A stretch of DNA of 64,000 nucleotides from NCBI GenBank assembly GCA_937900965.1, contig CALCGJ010000158.1:186-64185 (forward strand), given 5' to 3'. Both the position numbers and the translations under genes were made by a program. The DNA is from an uncultured Bacteroidota bacterium (lineage in GTDB: Bacteria > Bacteroidota > Bacteroidia > Bacteroidales > FEN-979). This document shows, piece after piece, positions 19,996 through 28,196 of the stretch (positions are counted from its first letter, which is position 1; each line of letters begins with the position of its first letter). The notes under the pieces were generated by a model that made no database searches, was not told the DNA's origin, and was given only the letters and a program-made list of their open reading frames with translations.

Positions 19996-20976
19996 ATGAA
20001 GAAAATTCTTGGAATAGGGAATGCCCTGGTGGATATTTTAATCCGGATTGAGCAGGAGTCCCTTCTCGAACAACTGAACCTTCCAAAAGGAAGCATGCAG
20101 CTGGTCAACAAGTTGCGTAGTGATGAAATTCTGATGACATTGAAAGATGTTCCACAAAGCCTGGCAGCTGGTGGATCGGCCGCTAACACCATCCATGGCT
20201 TGGGTATGCTGGGCGCATCTACTGGATATATTGGAGTAATTGGCCGGGACGAGTTAGGTCAATCCTTTGAGAAGGATATGCGGGATGCAGGGGTAACACC
20301 GTTTCTTATTCAGAGCGATACCGAGACAGGAAGAGCTATCACGCTGATCACTCCCGACTCGGAGCGTACCTTTGCTACCTTTCTTGGAGCTGCAGTAGAA
20401 CTTTCGGCATCCGGCATCCGGCATCTGGCATCCGGCATCTTCCCAAATTACAACTATCTTCACATCGAGGGATACCTGGTCCAGAACCACGAGCTGATCC
20501 GGACAGCCCTGGAGCTGGCCAAGGCAAACGGACTCCTGGTTTCTCTTGATATGGCCAGCTACAATGTAGTTGAGGCGAACCTGGATTTCCTGACGGAGAT
20601 GGTGAAAAAGTATGTTGACATCCTCTTTGCCAACGAGGAGGAGGCCCAGGTGTTTACCGGCTATGAACCCGGGCAGGCATTGCATCACATCAGCCAGTAT
20701 TGTGAGGTTGCCGTCGTAAAAACCGGTAAAAATGGCTCGCTCGTTAAGTCTAAGGAGGTTGTTTCCGAGATTGGCATCATTCCTGTCAATCCCATTGACA
20801 CCACCGGCGCCGGGGACCTTTATGCCGCAGGTTTTCTATATGGTCACTCTCTCGGATGGCCTATGCAACAATGCGGTGAGGCAGGAGCTTTGCTTGCCGG
20901 TAACATCATTGAAGAGATTGGCGCGAAGATGCCTGAAACGCGATGGGAGACAGTGAGAAAAATGGTGACAAGGTAA
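19996..20976 (+). CDS. PfkB family carbohydrate/nucleoside kinase (adenosine-kinase-like)
   Basis: It has the N-terminal GNALVDIL and GGSAANT motifs and the C-terminal DTTGAGDLYAAGFLYG motif. The stop codon TAA (20974-20976) lies inside the downstream octamer array. Confidence 0.85.
   Translation: MKKILGIGNALVDILIRIEQESLLEQLNLPKGSMQLVNKLRSDEILMTLKDVPQSLAAGGSAANTIHGLGMLGASTGYIGVIGRDELGQSFEKDMRDAGVTPFLIQSDTETGRAITLITPDSERTFATFLGAAVELSASGIRHLASGIFPNYNYLHIEGYLVQNHELIRTALELAKANGLLVSLDMASYNVVEANLDFLTEMVKKYVDILFANEEEAQVFTGYEPGQALHHISQYCEVAVVKTGKNGSLVKSKEVVSEIGIIPVNPIDTTGAGDLYAAGFLYGHSLGWPMQQCGEAGALLAGNIIEEIGAKMPETRWETVRKMVTR
20406..20440 (+). repeat. In-frame heptamer array GGCATCC x5 inside the PfkB kinase gene
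   Basis: I counted the units directly. The array translates to SASGIRHLASGIF. The same heptamer recurs in the intergenic region at 57886-57900. Confidence 0.85.
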
Positions 20977-21051
20977 TAGGGTGACAAGGTAATAGGGTGA
21001 CAAGGTGATGAGGTGACAAGGTGACAAGGTGACAAGGTGATGAGGTATTAT
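20964..21051. repeat. Octamer array, 11 units (GGTGACAA / GGTAATAG / GGTGATGA)
   Basis: I counted the units directly. The array spans the PfkB stop and ends 12 nt before the stop of the four-helix-bundle gene. An inverted copy lies at 21518-21549. Confidence 0.9.
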
Positions 21052-21062
21052 GGAGTAGTAGT

Positions 21063-21428
21063 TTAGTTGTTGAGGGATTTTTTAAGTGCTTTTATCAAAC
21101 CTGTCAATTGTGCTCTGATTAAATTGCTTTTATTAATGAATTGACTCAGATTTCCACTGTCTAAATAGCCGAAATCACTGGCAAGAATTAATTGTGTTTC
21201 AAGTTCAGCAAGACTTCCCAGTGAGAATTGAATAAAACGGATAAAATCACGTTTTTGATTTCTAGCTGCCCCTTCACTGATGTTTGAAGGGATTGAAACA
21301 GCTGCTCTTCTTATTTGGCTGGTTAAACCGTACATTTCAGAATTTGGAAATGCTTTTGTTATGCGATAAGCTTCTCTTGCCAGATTCATGCTCTCCTTCC
21401 AGGCATTAAGGTCTTTGTGTGTTTTCAT
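21063..21428 (-). CDS. Four-helix-bundle protein (23S rRNA intervening-sequence protein / Avd-like family)
   Basis: The 121 aa protein has AY.ITK.FP..E.YGLTSQ.RRAAVSIPSNISEG..R....DF..F...S.GSL.ELETQL, which is typical of the TIGR02436-type family as I remember it. Confidence 0.8.
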   Translation of the reverse strand: MKTHKDLNAWKESMNLAREAYRITKAFPNSEMYGLTSQIRRAAVSIPSNISEGAARNQKRDFIRFIQFSLGSLAELETQLILASDFGYLDSGNLSQFINKSNLIRAQLTGLIKALKKSLNN

Positions 21429-21517
21429 TTGTTAATAATTTTGATTTTTCTCATTAATCCGAAAAATCGAAAAAGGTATACATCTTGCATATATTTTTTC
21501 ACATCCATCATATCTCC

Positions 21518-21549
21518 TTGTCACCTCATCACCTCATCACCTTGTCACT
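21518..21549. repeat. Octamer array TTGTCACC/TCATCACC x4 (inverted copy of the 20964-21051 array)
   Basis: Its reverse complement reads GGTGACAA/GGTGATGA. It lies 90 nt upstream of the four-helix-bundle start. Confidence 0.85.
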
Positions 21550-21580
21550 CTTTATCCTTTGAAATTTAAATTTAACCTTG

Positions 21581-21588
21581 TACCTTTG
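21581..21588 (+). promoter_or_regulatory. Bacteroidota -7 promoter box (TACCTTTG)
   Basis: It matches TAnnTTTG and lies 55 nt upstream of the ATG at 21643. Confidence 0.45.
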
Positions 21589-21642
21589 GAGCCCTTTTCG
21601 AAGCAATTCTTAACCAATAATATACGTAATCAATAATCTACC

Positions 21643-23778
21643 ATGAAGGTATACCTGACAAACGAAATCCGGAACATCGCATTGATTGGCGGTGCTAAAT
21701 CGGGAAAAACTACCCTGGCTGAGGCTATGATATTTGAAGGAGGTGTTATCAATCGTAGGGGAAGCGTGGATGATAAGAATACGGTATCCGATTACCGTCC
21801 GATTGAGCTGGAGCGCCAGAACTCAGTTTCATCTTCCATACTCTACACACTTTTTGAAAATATAAAGATTAACATCATAGATACACCTGGTTTTGATGAT
21901 TTTATTGGAGAGGTAATTTCTGCGATCAGAGTGACCGATACGGCTCTGATGTTAGTGAATGCTCAGAACGGGGTTGAGGTGGGTACAGAGACTACATGGA
22001 GACAAACCGACAACATGGAAATACCGGTTGTTTTTGTTGTGAATCACCTGGATGTTGAGTTGGCTAATTTTGATGAAACCGTGCGCCAGCTTAAGCAGCA
22101 GTTTGGCAGCCTTGTTACTGTTCTTCAGTATCCTGTAAATCAGGGCAACGGATTCAGCTCCATCATCGACCTGCTGAAGATGAAGCTCTATAAATATGCT
22201 CAAGGGGGAGGAAAACCGGAGATCCTCGATATTCCTGCAGAAGAAAAAGACAAAGCAGAAGAGATGCATGCTGCTCTTATTGAAGAGCTGGCATCCAAAG
22301 ACGAAGCCTTGATGGAGGAGTACTTCGATAAAGGAACCCTTACCGAGGAACAGATCAACAAGGCTCTCAGGATGGGATTAATGTCGCGTGCAATGTTTCC
22401 GGTGATGTGCGTCAGTTCCAAACATGACATTGGCGTTAGCCGGCTTTTAGAGTTTATCGCCAATTCCGTACCTGCTCCTGATGAGATGCCGGGAGTCAAA
22501 ACTACGGATGGGAAGGAACTTACCTGCAAAGCAGCCGATCCAACGTCTCTCTTTGTATTCAAAACGGCTGTTGAAACGCACCTGGGAGAGATCTCCTACT
22601 TCAAGGTTTACGCCGGTGAGGTAGCAGAAGGTCAGGATTTGATAAATTCCAACAGGAATTCAAAAGAACGTATTCCCCAACTCTTTGTCATCAATGGCAA
22701 GAACAGGGAGAAAATTGGAAAGTTTGTCGCTGGTGATATTGGGGCAACCATCAAGTTGAAAAGTACGTTCACCAATAATACCCTCGATTCACTAAAAAAC
22801 CCTGATGATATCATCGAACCTACTATCTACCCAAATCCAAAATTCCGGGTAGCAGTAAAGGCTGTAAACACGAACGATGACGAAAAAGTGGGAGCTGTTC
22901 TGAATGAACTTACCAAAATGGATCCAACGCTGCTTTTCGGCTTCTCAAAAGAGTTGAAACAACTGATTCTTCAAGGACAGGGGGAGCTTCATCTGAATCT
23001 GGTCAAATGGTTTGTGGAAAATATTGAGAAGGTTCCTATTGAATACCTGTCTCCTAAAATCCCTTATAGGGAGACAATAACCAAATCAGCTAAAGCAACC
23101 TATCGCCATAAAAAACAATCCGGGGGCTCAGGACAGTTCGGTGAGGTTCACATGATGATCCAGCCCTTTAAGGAGGGGATGGCCGATCAGTCTGAATTCC
23201 CGATCCGCGGACGTGATACCATTGAACTGGAATGGGGCGGAAAGCTTATTATGCACACCTGTGTCGTTGGTGGTGCTATTGATTCACGATTCATGCCGGC
23301 TATACTTAAAGGGGTTATGGAGAAGATGGAAGAGGGCCCATTAACCGGTTCCTATGCACGCGATATAGTCTTTAACATTTACGACGGGAAAATGCACCCT
23401 GTTGATTCTAATGAAATCTCATTCAAACTGGCCGGAAGACATGCTTTTAGAGAGGCTTTCAAGAACGCCGGGCCAAAGATTCTCGAACCGGTTTATGATG
23501 TAGAGGTGATCGTTCCTGAAGAGAAGATGGGAGAGGTGATGACCGACCTGCAGGGAAGGCGCGCTCTGATCATGGGGATGGATAGCGAAGGCAATTACCA
23601 GAAGATCAAAGCGAAAGTTCCCCTGGCCGAGATGAATCGCTACTCCACAGCGCTCAGCTCCCTGACGAGTGGACGGGCTACCTACAACATGACGTTCGCC
23701 GAATATGTTCAGGTTCCTTCCGAAGTGCAGGATAAATTGCTGAAAGCATACGAAGAAGAGGAGCAGGAGGAGGATTAA
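21643..23778 (+). CDS. EF-G-like protein with degenerate GTPase motifs
   Basis: It is full length (711 aa) with the five-domain EF-G layout. G1 is GGAKSGKT. The switch-I RGITI is replaced by RQNSVS. G3 is DTPGFDDF, so the catalytic His is Phe. G4 NKxD is NHLD. Confidence 0.85.
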   Translation: MKVYLTNEIRNIALIGGAKSGKTTLAEAMIFEGGVINRRGSVDDKNTVSDYRPIELERQNSVSSSILYTLFENIKINIIDTPGFDDFIGEVISAIRVTDTALMLVNAQNGVEVGTETTWRQTDNMEIPVVFVVNHLDVELANFDETVRQLKQQFGSLVTVLQYPVNQGNGFSSIIDLLKMKLYKYAQGGGKPEILDIPAEEKDKAEEMHAALIEELASKDEALMEEYFDKGTLTEEQINKALRMGLMSRAMFPVMCVSSKHDIGVSRLLEFIANSVPAPDEMPGVKTTDGKELTCKAADPTSLFVFKTAVETHLGEISYFKVYAGEVAEGQDLINSNRNSKERIPQLFVINGKNREKIGKFVAGDIGATIKLKSTFTNNTLDSLKNPDDIIEPTIYPNPKFRVAVKAVNTNDDEKVGAVLNELTKMDPTLLFGFSKELKQLILQGQGELHLNLVKWFVENIEKVPIEYLSPKIPYRETITKSAKATYRHKKQSGGSGQFGEVHMMIQPFKEGMADQSEFPIRGRDTIELEWGGKLIMHTCVVGGAIDSRFMPAILKGVMEKMEEGPLTGSYARDIVFNIYDGKMHPVDSNEISFKLAGRHAFREAFKNAGPKILEPVYDVEVIVPEEKMGEVMTDLQGRRALIMGMDSEGNYQKIKAKVPLAEMNRYSTALSSLTSGRATYNMTFAEYVQVPSEVQDKLLKAYEEEEQEED

Positions 23779-23843
23779 GAGCCCCACCCCTAACCCCTTT
23801 CCACCTCACCCCAAACCCCTGCCTCCAATTCACCTCACCCCAA

Positions 23844-23865
23844 CCCCTCTCCTGAAGGAGAGGGG
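23844..23865. terminator. GC-rich hairpin CCCCTCTCC-TGAA-GGAGAGGGG inside a C-rich element
   Basis: It is a perfect 9 bp stem. It is preceded by CACCTCACCCC-type C-rich repeats (23779-23843). It lies between the EF-G-like stop and the MFS start. Confidence 0.5.
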
Positions 23866-23873
23866 CCATAAAA

Positions 23874-25127
23874 ATGGACACTGTAGAACCGAAACATGAT
23901 GCCTATGCTGTCCTGAAAGTCAGTGACTTTCGTCTCTTTATCAGTTACCGGTTTTTCATTACCATTGCTTTCCAGATGCAGGGCCTTATAGTAAGCTGGC
24001 AGATGTATGAGCTTACACATGACCCGCTTGCTCTCGGACTGATAGGTCTGGCTGAAGCGTTGCCATTTATTTCCATAGCGCTCTATTCCGGCCATGTGGC
24101 CGACCGGTATAACAGGCAAAGGATTATTGCCTGGTTTTCGGTATTATTTCTTTTTGGAACTCTGTTGTTATTTGCCTTCAGTTACGAAGGCCTGATGGCA
24201 GTTATGGCGCTGGGAGTTTTCCCAATCTATTTCGTTGTTGCATTAACCGGGATCGTAAGGGCCTTCCTCTATCCCTCAACAATTGCTCTGATGGCACAGC
24301 TGGTGCCAAGGCATCTTTACACCAACTCCTCTACCTGGAATAGCACTGTTTGGCATATCGCAGCCGTCTCAGGACCGGCATTGGGAGGATTGATCTATGG
24401 ATTTTTTGGTGTTCAGGTCGCCTACATCACAGTGCTATTTTTTGTGATTGTCGCTTTAATTCTACTGTTGTTCGTAAAACGCTATCAAAACCCGCAGGTG
24501 ATCCTGACAGAGACTATCAGGCAGCGGTTAGTTTCTGGATTGCGGTTTGTTTTCCGGAATCAGATTTTACTGGGAACCATGTCGCTCGATATGTTGGCTG
24601 TCCTCTTCGGAGGAGCTGTTGCGATGCTACCCATTTTCGCAGCCGAAGTCCTTTTTGTAGGCCCTCAGGGCCTGGGATTTCTACGTGCTGCTCCAATGCT
24701 TGGTGCTGTTATCATGTCATTTATCCTTGCCTACAAACCCCCGGCAGCTAATGCAGGCAAGTGGCTGTTTATCTCTGTTGCCGGCTTCGGACTCAGTATC
24801 ATCTGTTTTGCCATCTCCAGGAACTTCTACCTCTCCCTTTTCCTGTTATGTATGAGTGGAGTGTTCGATAACGTAAGCGTGATCATCCGCGCTACCACTC
24901 TTCAACTATTAACTCCCGATGAGATGAGGGGCCGTGTAGCCTCCGTCAATAGCATCTTCATCGGTTCATCCAATGAAATAGGGTCTTTCGAATCAGGACT
25001 GGCCGCTAAGATTATGGGCTTGATCCCCTCGGTTATTTTTGGCGGATCCATGACACTGGCAGTAGTTGGGATTATTGCGAAAAAGTCACCGTTGTTGAGG
25101 AAACTGAATTTGAGAGCACTCAAGTGA
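23874..25127 (+). CDS. MFS transporter (EntS/MFS_3-like)
   Basis: It has about 12 predicted TM helices. The N-terminus FRLFISYRFFITIAFQMQGLIVSWQMYELT is typical of this MFS subfamily. The loop motif is GHVADRYNRQR. Confidence 0.75.
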   Translation: MDTVEPKHDAYAVLKVSDFRLFISYRFFITIAFQMQGLIVSWQMYELTHDPLALGLIGLAEALPFISIALYSGHVADRYNRQRIIAWFSVLFLFGTLLLFAFSYEGLMAVMALGVFPIYFVVALTGIVRAFLYPSTIALMAQLVPRHLYTNSSTWNSTVWHIAAVSGPALGGLIYGFFGVQVAYITVLFFVIVALILLLFVKRYQNPQVILTETIRQRLVSGLRFVFRNQILLGTMSLDMLAVLFGGAVAMLPIFAAEVLFVGPQGLGFLRAAPMLGAVIMSFILAYKPPAANAGKWLFISVAGFGLSIICFAISRNFYLSLFLLCMSGVFDNVSVIIRATTLQLLTPDEMRGRVASVNSIFIGSSNEIGSFESGLAAKIMGLIPSVIFGGSMTLAVVGIIAKKSPLLRKLNLRALK

Positions 25128-25133
25128 TCTATT

Positions 25134-25212
25134 CACCTCACCCTAACCCTCTCCTCAAGGAGAGGGGATACTCCACTTCTCCTTGAGGAGAAGGGGTCGG
25201 GGGATGAGGTGA
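25134..25212. terminator. Composite palindromic element between convergent genes
   Basis: The outer arms are TCACCTCACCC and GGGATGAGGTGA. The inner hairpins are CCCTCTCC-TCAA-GGAGAGGG (25147-25166) and CTTCTCC-TTGA-GGAGAAG (25176-25193). Confidence 0.55.
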
Positions 25213-25229
25213 GTTTATAAATCGGAGAT

Positions 25230-26372
25230 CTAATAATACAACTCCACCAGCTTCGGGTAATATTCAGGTGCTAATTTCATATTCATTCCGTTTACCTTTC
25301 CGATCTTCATCGCTTCCACTATGTCATCTACTGAGGGGTTTGGGACATTCAGGTCCCGGAGTTTAACCGGACAATCCAGAGAGAGGAAAAAGTCTTCAAT
25401 CCAGTCAATAGCCTGATCCGCATCCAGCATCTTACCGGACATCCCTGATCCCAGTTTGGCAATCCGATCACCCGCCTGATCTTTGAAGAGGCGCATCCAG
25501 GCTGGGTAGACGATAGTCAGTGATGCACCATGAGGGACATCATAGAGGAGTGACAGGATATGACCTGATGCATGAACTCCCCAGTCGCCGGAGACTTTTC
25601 CCTGCATGGTGATCCCGTTCAGGGCGAGGGTGGCTGCATACATTATCCTGGCGCGGAGATCATAGTTTTGCAGGTCGGTTAACAGAGGAGGCCCTGCCTC
25701 CATGGCTTCTTTGATTATTCCCAGTATGAGTTTATCACTCATAGGGCAATCCCCGGCGCCAAACCAGGCTTCCATGCAGTGGGCGATAAGGTCGGCAATT
25801 CCATAAGCAGTGTAATCCTGCGGAACGGTCAGAGTCAATTCCGGATCCAGGAAGGAGTGCTTAGGATAGGAGAGTGGCGAGCTAACCGCTGCTTTCAGTT
25901 TGACCTCCCGGTTTGAGACAACAGCATAGGGATTCATCTCCGAACCGGTAGCTGCCAGAGTAAGAACAGCGATAATGGGCAATCCCTGATTCGGCGTGAC
26001 TTTCCCGGCGAAGAAATCCCAGGCAGGGTGACTGACCGGGATAGTGAGGGCAATAACTTTTGCCGAATCGACAACACTGCCACCGCCAACGGCCAGTACC
26101 ATATCCACCTGATTTTTGCGTCCGACAACTGCTGCGGCTTCCACATCTTCAATCAACGGATTGGAACAGATCCCATCGTATTCGAAAACGGTCAGTCCTG
26201 AATCATTCAGGTATTTAAGAATCCTTCCATGAAGTCCGGATCGTTTTATCGAGGATTGTCCGGATACTAATAATACCCTGTTTCCGAACAGGTTGAGGGT
26301 TGGGCCAAGGTTAGATAGCACACCTTTTCCAAAATGGATGGTTGTTGGATTGCAGGAGGTGAAATTTTCCAT
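25230..26372 (-). CDS. Iron-containing (group III) alcohol dehydrogenase, butanol-dehydrogenase/YqhD-like
   Basis: It has GGGSVVDSAK, the metal-binding His region DLIAHCME, and GVHASGH...YDVPHG. The length is 380 aa. Confidence 0.85.
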   Translation of the reverse strand: MENFTSCNPTTIHFGKGVLSNLGPTLNLFGNRVLLVSGQSSIKRSGLHGRILKYLNDSGLTVFEYDGICSNPLIEDVEAAAVVGRKNQVDMVLAVGGGSVVDSAKVIALTIPVSHPAWDFFAGKVTPNQGLPIIAVLTLAATGSEMNPYAVVSNREVKLKAAVSSPLSYPKHSFLDPELTLTVPQDYTAYGIADLIAHCMEAWFGAGDCPMSDKLILGIIKEAMEAGPPLLTDLQNYDLRARIMYAATLALNGITMQGKVSGDWGVHASGHILSLLYDVPHGASLTIVYPAWMRLFKDQAGDRIAKLGSGMSGKMLDADQAIDWIEDFFLSLDCPVKLRDLNVPNPSVDDIVEAMKIGKVNGMNMKLAPEYYPKLVELYY

Positions 26373-26454
26373 TCGATCAGTGATGTTGAATCAATTAACG
26401 GTTTTTTTGAAGGAGATAAAGATACAGAGAATATTGGGATAACTTGTTTTTTCC

Positions 26455-26462
26455 TACCTTTG
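26455..26462 (+). promoter_or_regulatory. Bacteroidota -7 promoter box (TACCTTTG)
   Basis: It matches TAnnTTTG and lies 32 nt upstream of the kbl ATG. Confidence 0.5.
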
Positions 26463-26493
26463 CGCTTAGAAAAATCTTTAGCTTTAGCGGACG

Positions 26494-27693
26494 ATGTACG
26501 GCACTTTTCAGCAGTTTCTTCAGGAGCAATTGGAATCAATCAAAGAAGATGGATTGTATAAGAATGAGCGTATCCTGGTGACTCCTCAGGGGGTTCAGAT
26601 CAAGACCATGCGGGGATTGGATGTACTGAATTTCTGTGCCAACAATTACCTGGGTCTCTGTTCTGAGCCACGTGTCATGTCGGCTGCCAATTATACATTT
26701 TTCAAATATGGTTACGGAATGGCTTCGGTCCGGTTCATATGCGGTACCCAGAAGGTTCATAAAGACCTCGAAGCCAGGTTAAGCGAGTTTCTGGGTATGG
26801 AGGATACGATCCTGTACTCTTCTGCATTTGATGCCAACGGGGGTGTGTTTGAACCACTTCTAAGCGAACAGGATGCTATCATCTCCGACGAATTAAACCA
26901 TGCTTCTATCATTGATGGGGTGAGGCTTTGCAAAGCACAGAGGTTCCGGTATAAAAATAATGACATGGAGGATCTGGAAGAGGTCCTCCAGCAGGCCTGC
27001 GCTGCCAGATTCAAACTCATTGTCACCGACGGTGTGTTCTCCATGGATGGGATCATCGCCAGGGTTGATAAAATATGTGACCTGGCTGATAAGTATGATG
27101 CCATGGTGATGGTTGATGATTCGCATGCCACGGGATTTGTTGGCGCCACGGGTCGGGGGACGCATGAATATTGTAACTGCATGGACCGGGTCGACATCAT
27201 CTCCACTACTTTCGGGAAAGCACTTGGAGGCGCTTCAGGGGGCTGCATCTCAGGTAAAAAAGAGATCGTGGAGCTACTCAGACAGCGCTCACGACCGTAC
27301 CTTTTTTCCAATTCCCTGGCGCCTGCCATTACTGGCGCTACACTGGAAGTAATCAATATGTTGTCAGAAACAACGGAGTTACGTGATAAGCTTTTTGAAA
27401 ATACCCGGATGTTTCGTCAGGGTATGGAAGATGCCGGATTCCGGATTGTACCCGGGATCCACCCAATAACACCCATCCTCTTCGGACACCTGCCGAATGA
27501 TGCCCAACTTTCCCAGGATTTTGCCAACGAACTGCTGGAAGAGGGGATTTACGTGATAGGCTTCTATTATCCGGTTGTTCCAAAAGGAAAGTCACGTATC
27601 CGGGTCCAGATCAGCGCTGCCCACTCTACAGATCAGATCCGGTTTGCGATAGATAAATTCATCAGGGTCGGGAAAAAACTCGGAGCGATTTGA
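26494..27693 (+). CDS. kbl: Glycine C-acetyltransferase / 2-amino-3-ketobutyrate CoA ligase (Kbl-type alpha-oxoamine synthase)
   Basis: As I recall the E. coli Kbl sequence, this protein aligns along its whole length. Shared blocks are [63 protein letters not shown] (PLP Lys), [11 protein letters not shown] and SRIRVQISA. Confidence 0.85.
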   Translation: MYGTFQQFLQEQLESIKEDGLYKNERILVTPQGVQIKTMRGLDVLNFCANNYLGLCSEPRVMSAANYTFFKYGYGMASVRFICGTQKVHKDLEARLSEFLGMEDTILYSSAFDANGGVFEPLLSEQDAIISDELNHASIIDGVRLCKAQRFRYKNNDMEDLEEVLQQACAARFKLIVTDGVFSMDGIIARVDKICDLADKYDAMVMVDDSHATGFVGATGRGTHEYCNCMDRVDIISTTFGKALGGASGGCISGKKEIVELLRQRSRPYLFSNSLAPAITGATLEVINMLSETTELRDKLFENTRMFRQGMEDAGFRIVPGIHPITPILFGHLPNDAQLSQDFANELLEEGIYVIGFYYPVVPKGKSRIRVQISAAHSTDQIRFAIDKFIRVGKKLGAI

Positions 27694-28136
27694 TTTTCGG
27701 AATAGGAACAGATATCATTGAAGTGGAGCGTATCCAAAAAGTCATGGAGAAGGATATTGGCTTCCGGGATAAGATATTCACCGGGCATGAAGTTGAATAT
27801 TGTGAGTCAAAACGGCATAAATTCCAGCACTATGCTGCCCGTTTCTCCGCCAAAGAGTCATTCCTGAAAGCGATCGGAACCGGATGGCGTTTTGGTATCC
27901 GGTTTGCCGACATTGAAGTGACGCATGATTCGCTGGGGAAGCCTGAAATCAATGTATACGGGAAGGCAAAAGAATGGTGTGAGAAGGAATTGATATCGAA
28001 AATTCATGTATCTTTATCGCACCTAAAGGATCTGGCCACAGCAGTGGTAGTAGTTGAGACGAATGACGAAGGACGAGGGACGAGGGACGAGACGACAAGC
28101 GGACCAGTAGGGGCGGGTTCTAAACCCGCCCATTAG
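27690..28136 (+). CDS. acpS: Holo-ACP synthase (4'-phosphopantetheinyl transferase, AcpS type) with a repeat/hairpin-encoded C-terminal tail
   Basis: It has [14 protein letters not shown] and [10 protein letters not shown]...EV.HD..GKP. The TTG start overlaps the kbl stop (TTGA, a 4 nt overlap). The last ~25 aa ([24 protein letters not shown]) are encoded by CGAGGGA repeats plus a hairpin. Confidence 0.8.
   Translation: MIFGIGTDIIEVERIQKVMEKDIGFRDKIFTGHEVEYCESKRHKFQHYAARFSAKESFLKAIGTGWRFGIRFADIEVTHDSLGKPEINVYGKAKEWCEKELISKIHVSLSHLKDLATAVVVVETNDEGRGTRDETTSGPVGAGSKPAH
28111..28131 (+). terminator. Hairpin GGGCGGGTT-CTA-AACCCGCCC
   Basis: It is a perfect 9 bp GC-rich stem lying inside the last codons of the acpS ORF. 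It is followed by AACAACA repeats (28137-28162). Confidence 0.5.
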
Positions 28137-28196
28137 CAAACAACAAACAACAAACAGCAACCCAAAATAGTAACCTTAATCAAATTTTGAACAATT

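Noticed and set aside
1043-21549. A diversity-generating retroelement: an Avd-like four-helix-bundle gene (21063..21428) plus a repeated region in the T9SS protein (1300-2525) acting as TR/VR.
   Set aside because: There is no reverse transcriptase ORF anywhere in the window. The differences between the two 606-609 nt copies involve all base types rather than being adenine-specific. The two loci are also 18 kb apart.
23678-24119. ORFs 23678..23881 and 23835..24119 on the minus strand cross the C-rich element and the MFS start.
   Set aside because: They translate the GC-rich hairpin element (GEGLG, GWGEV type peptides) and overlap the MFS gene. They have no motif support.
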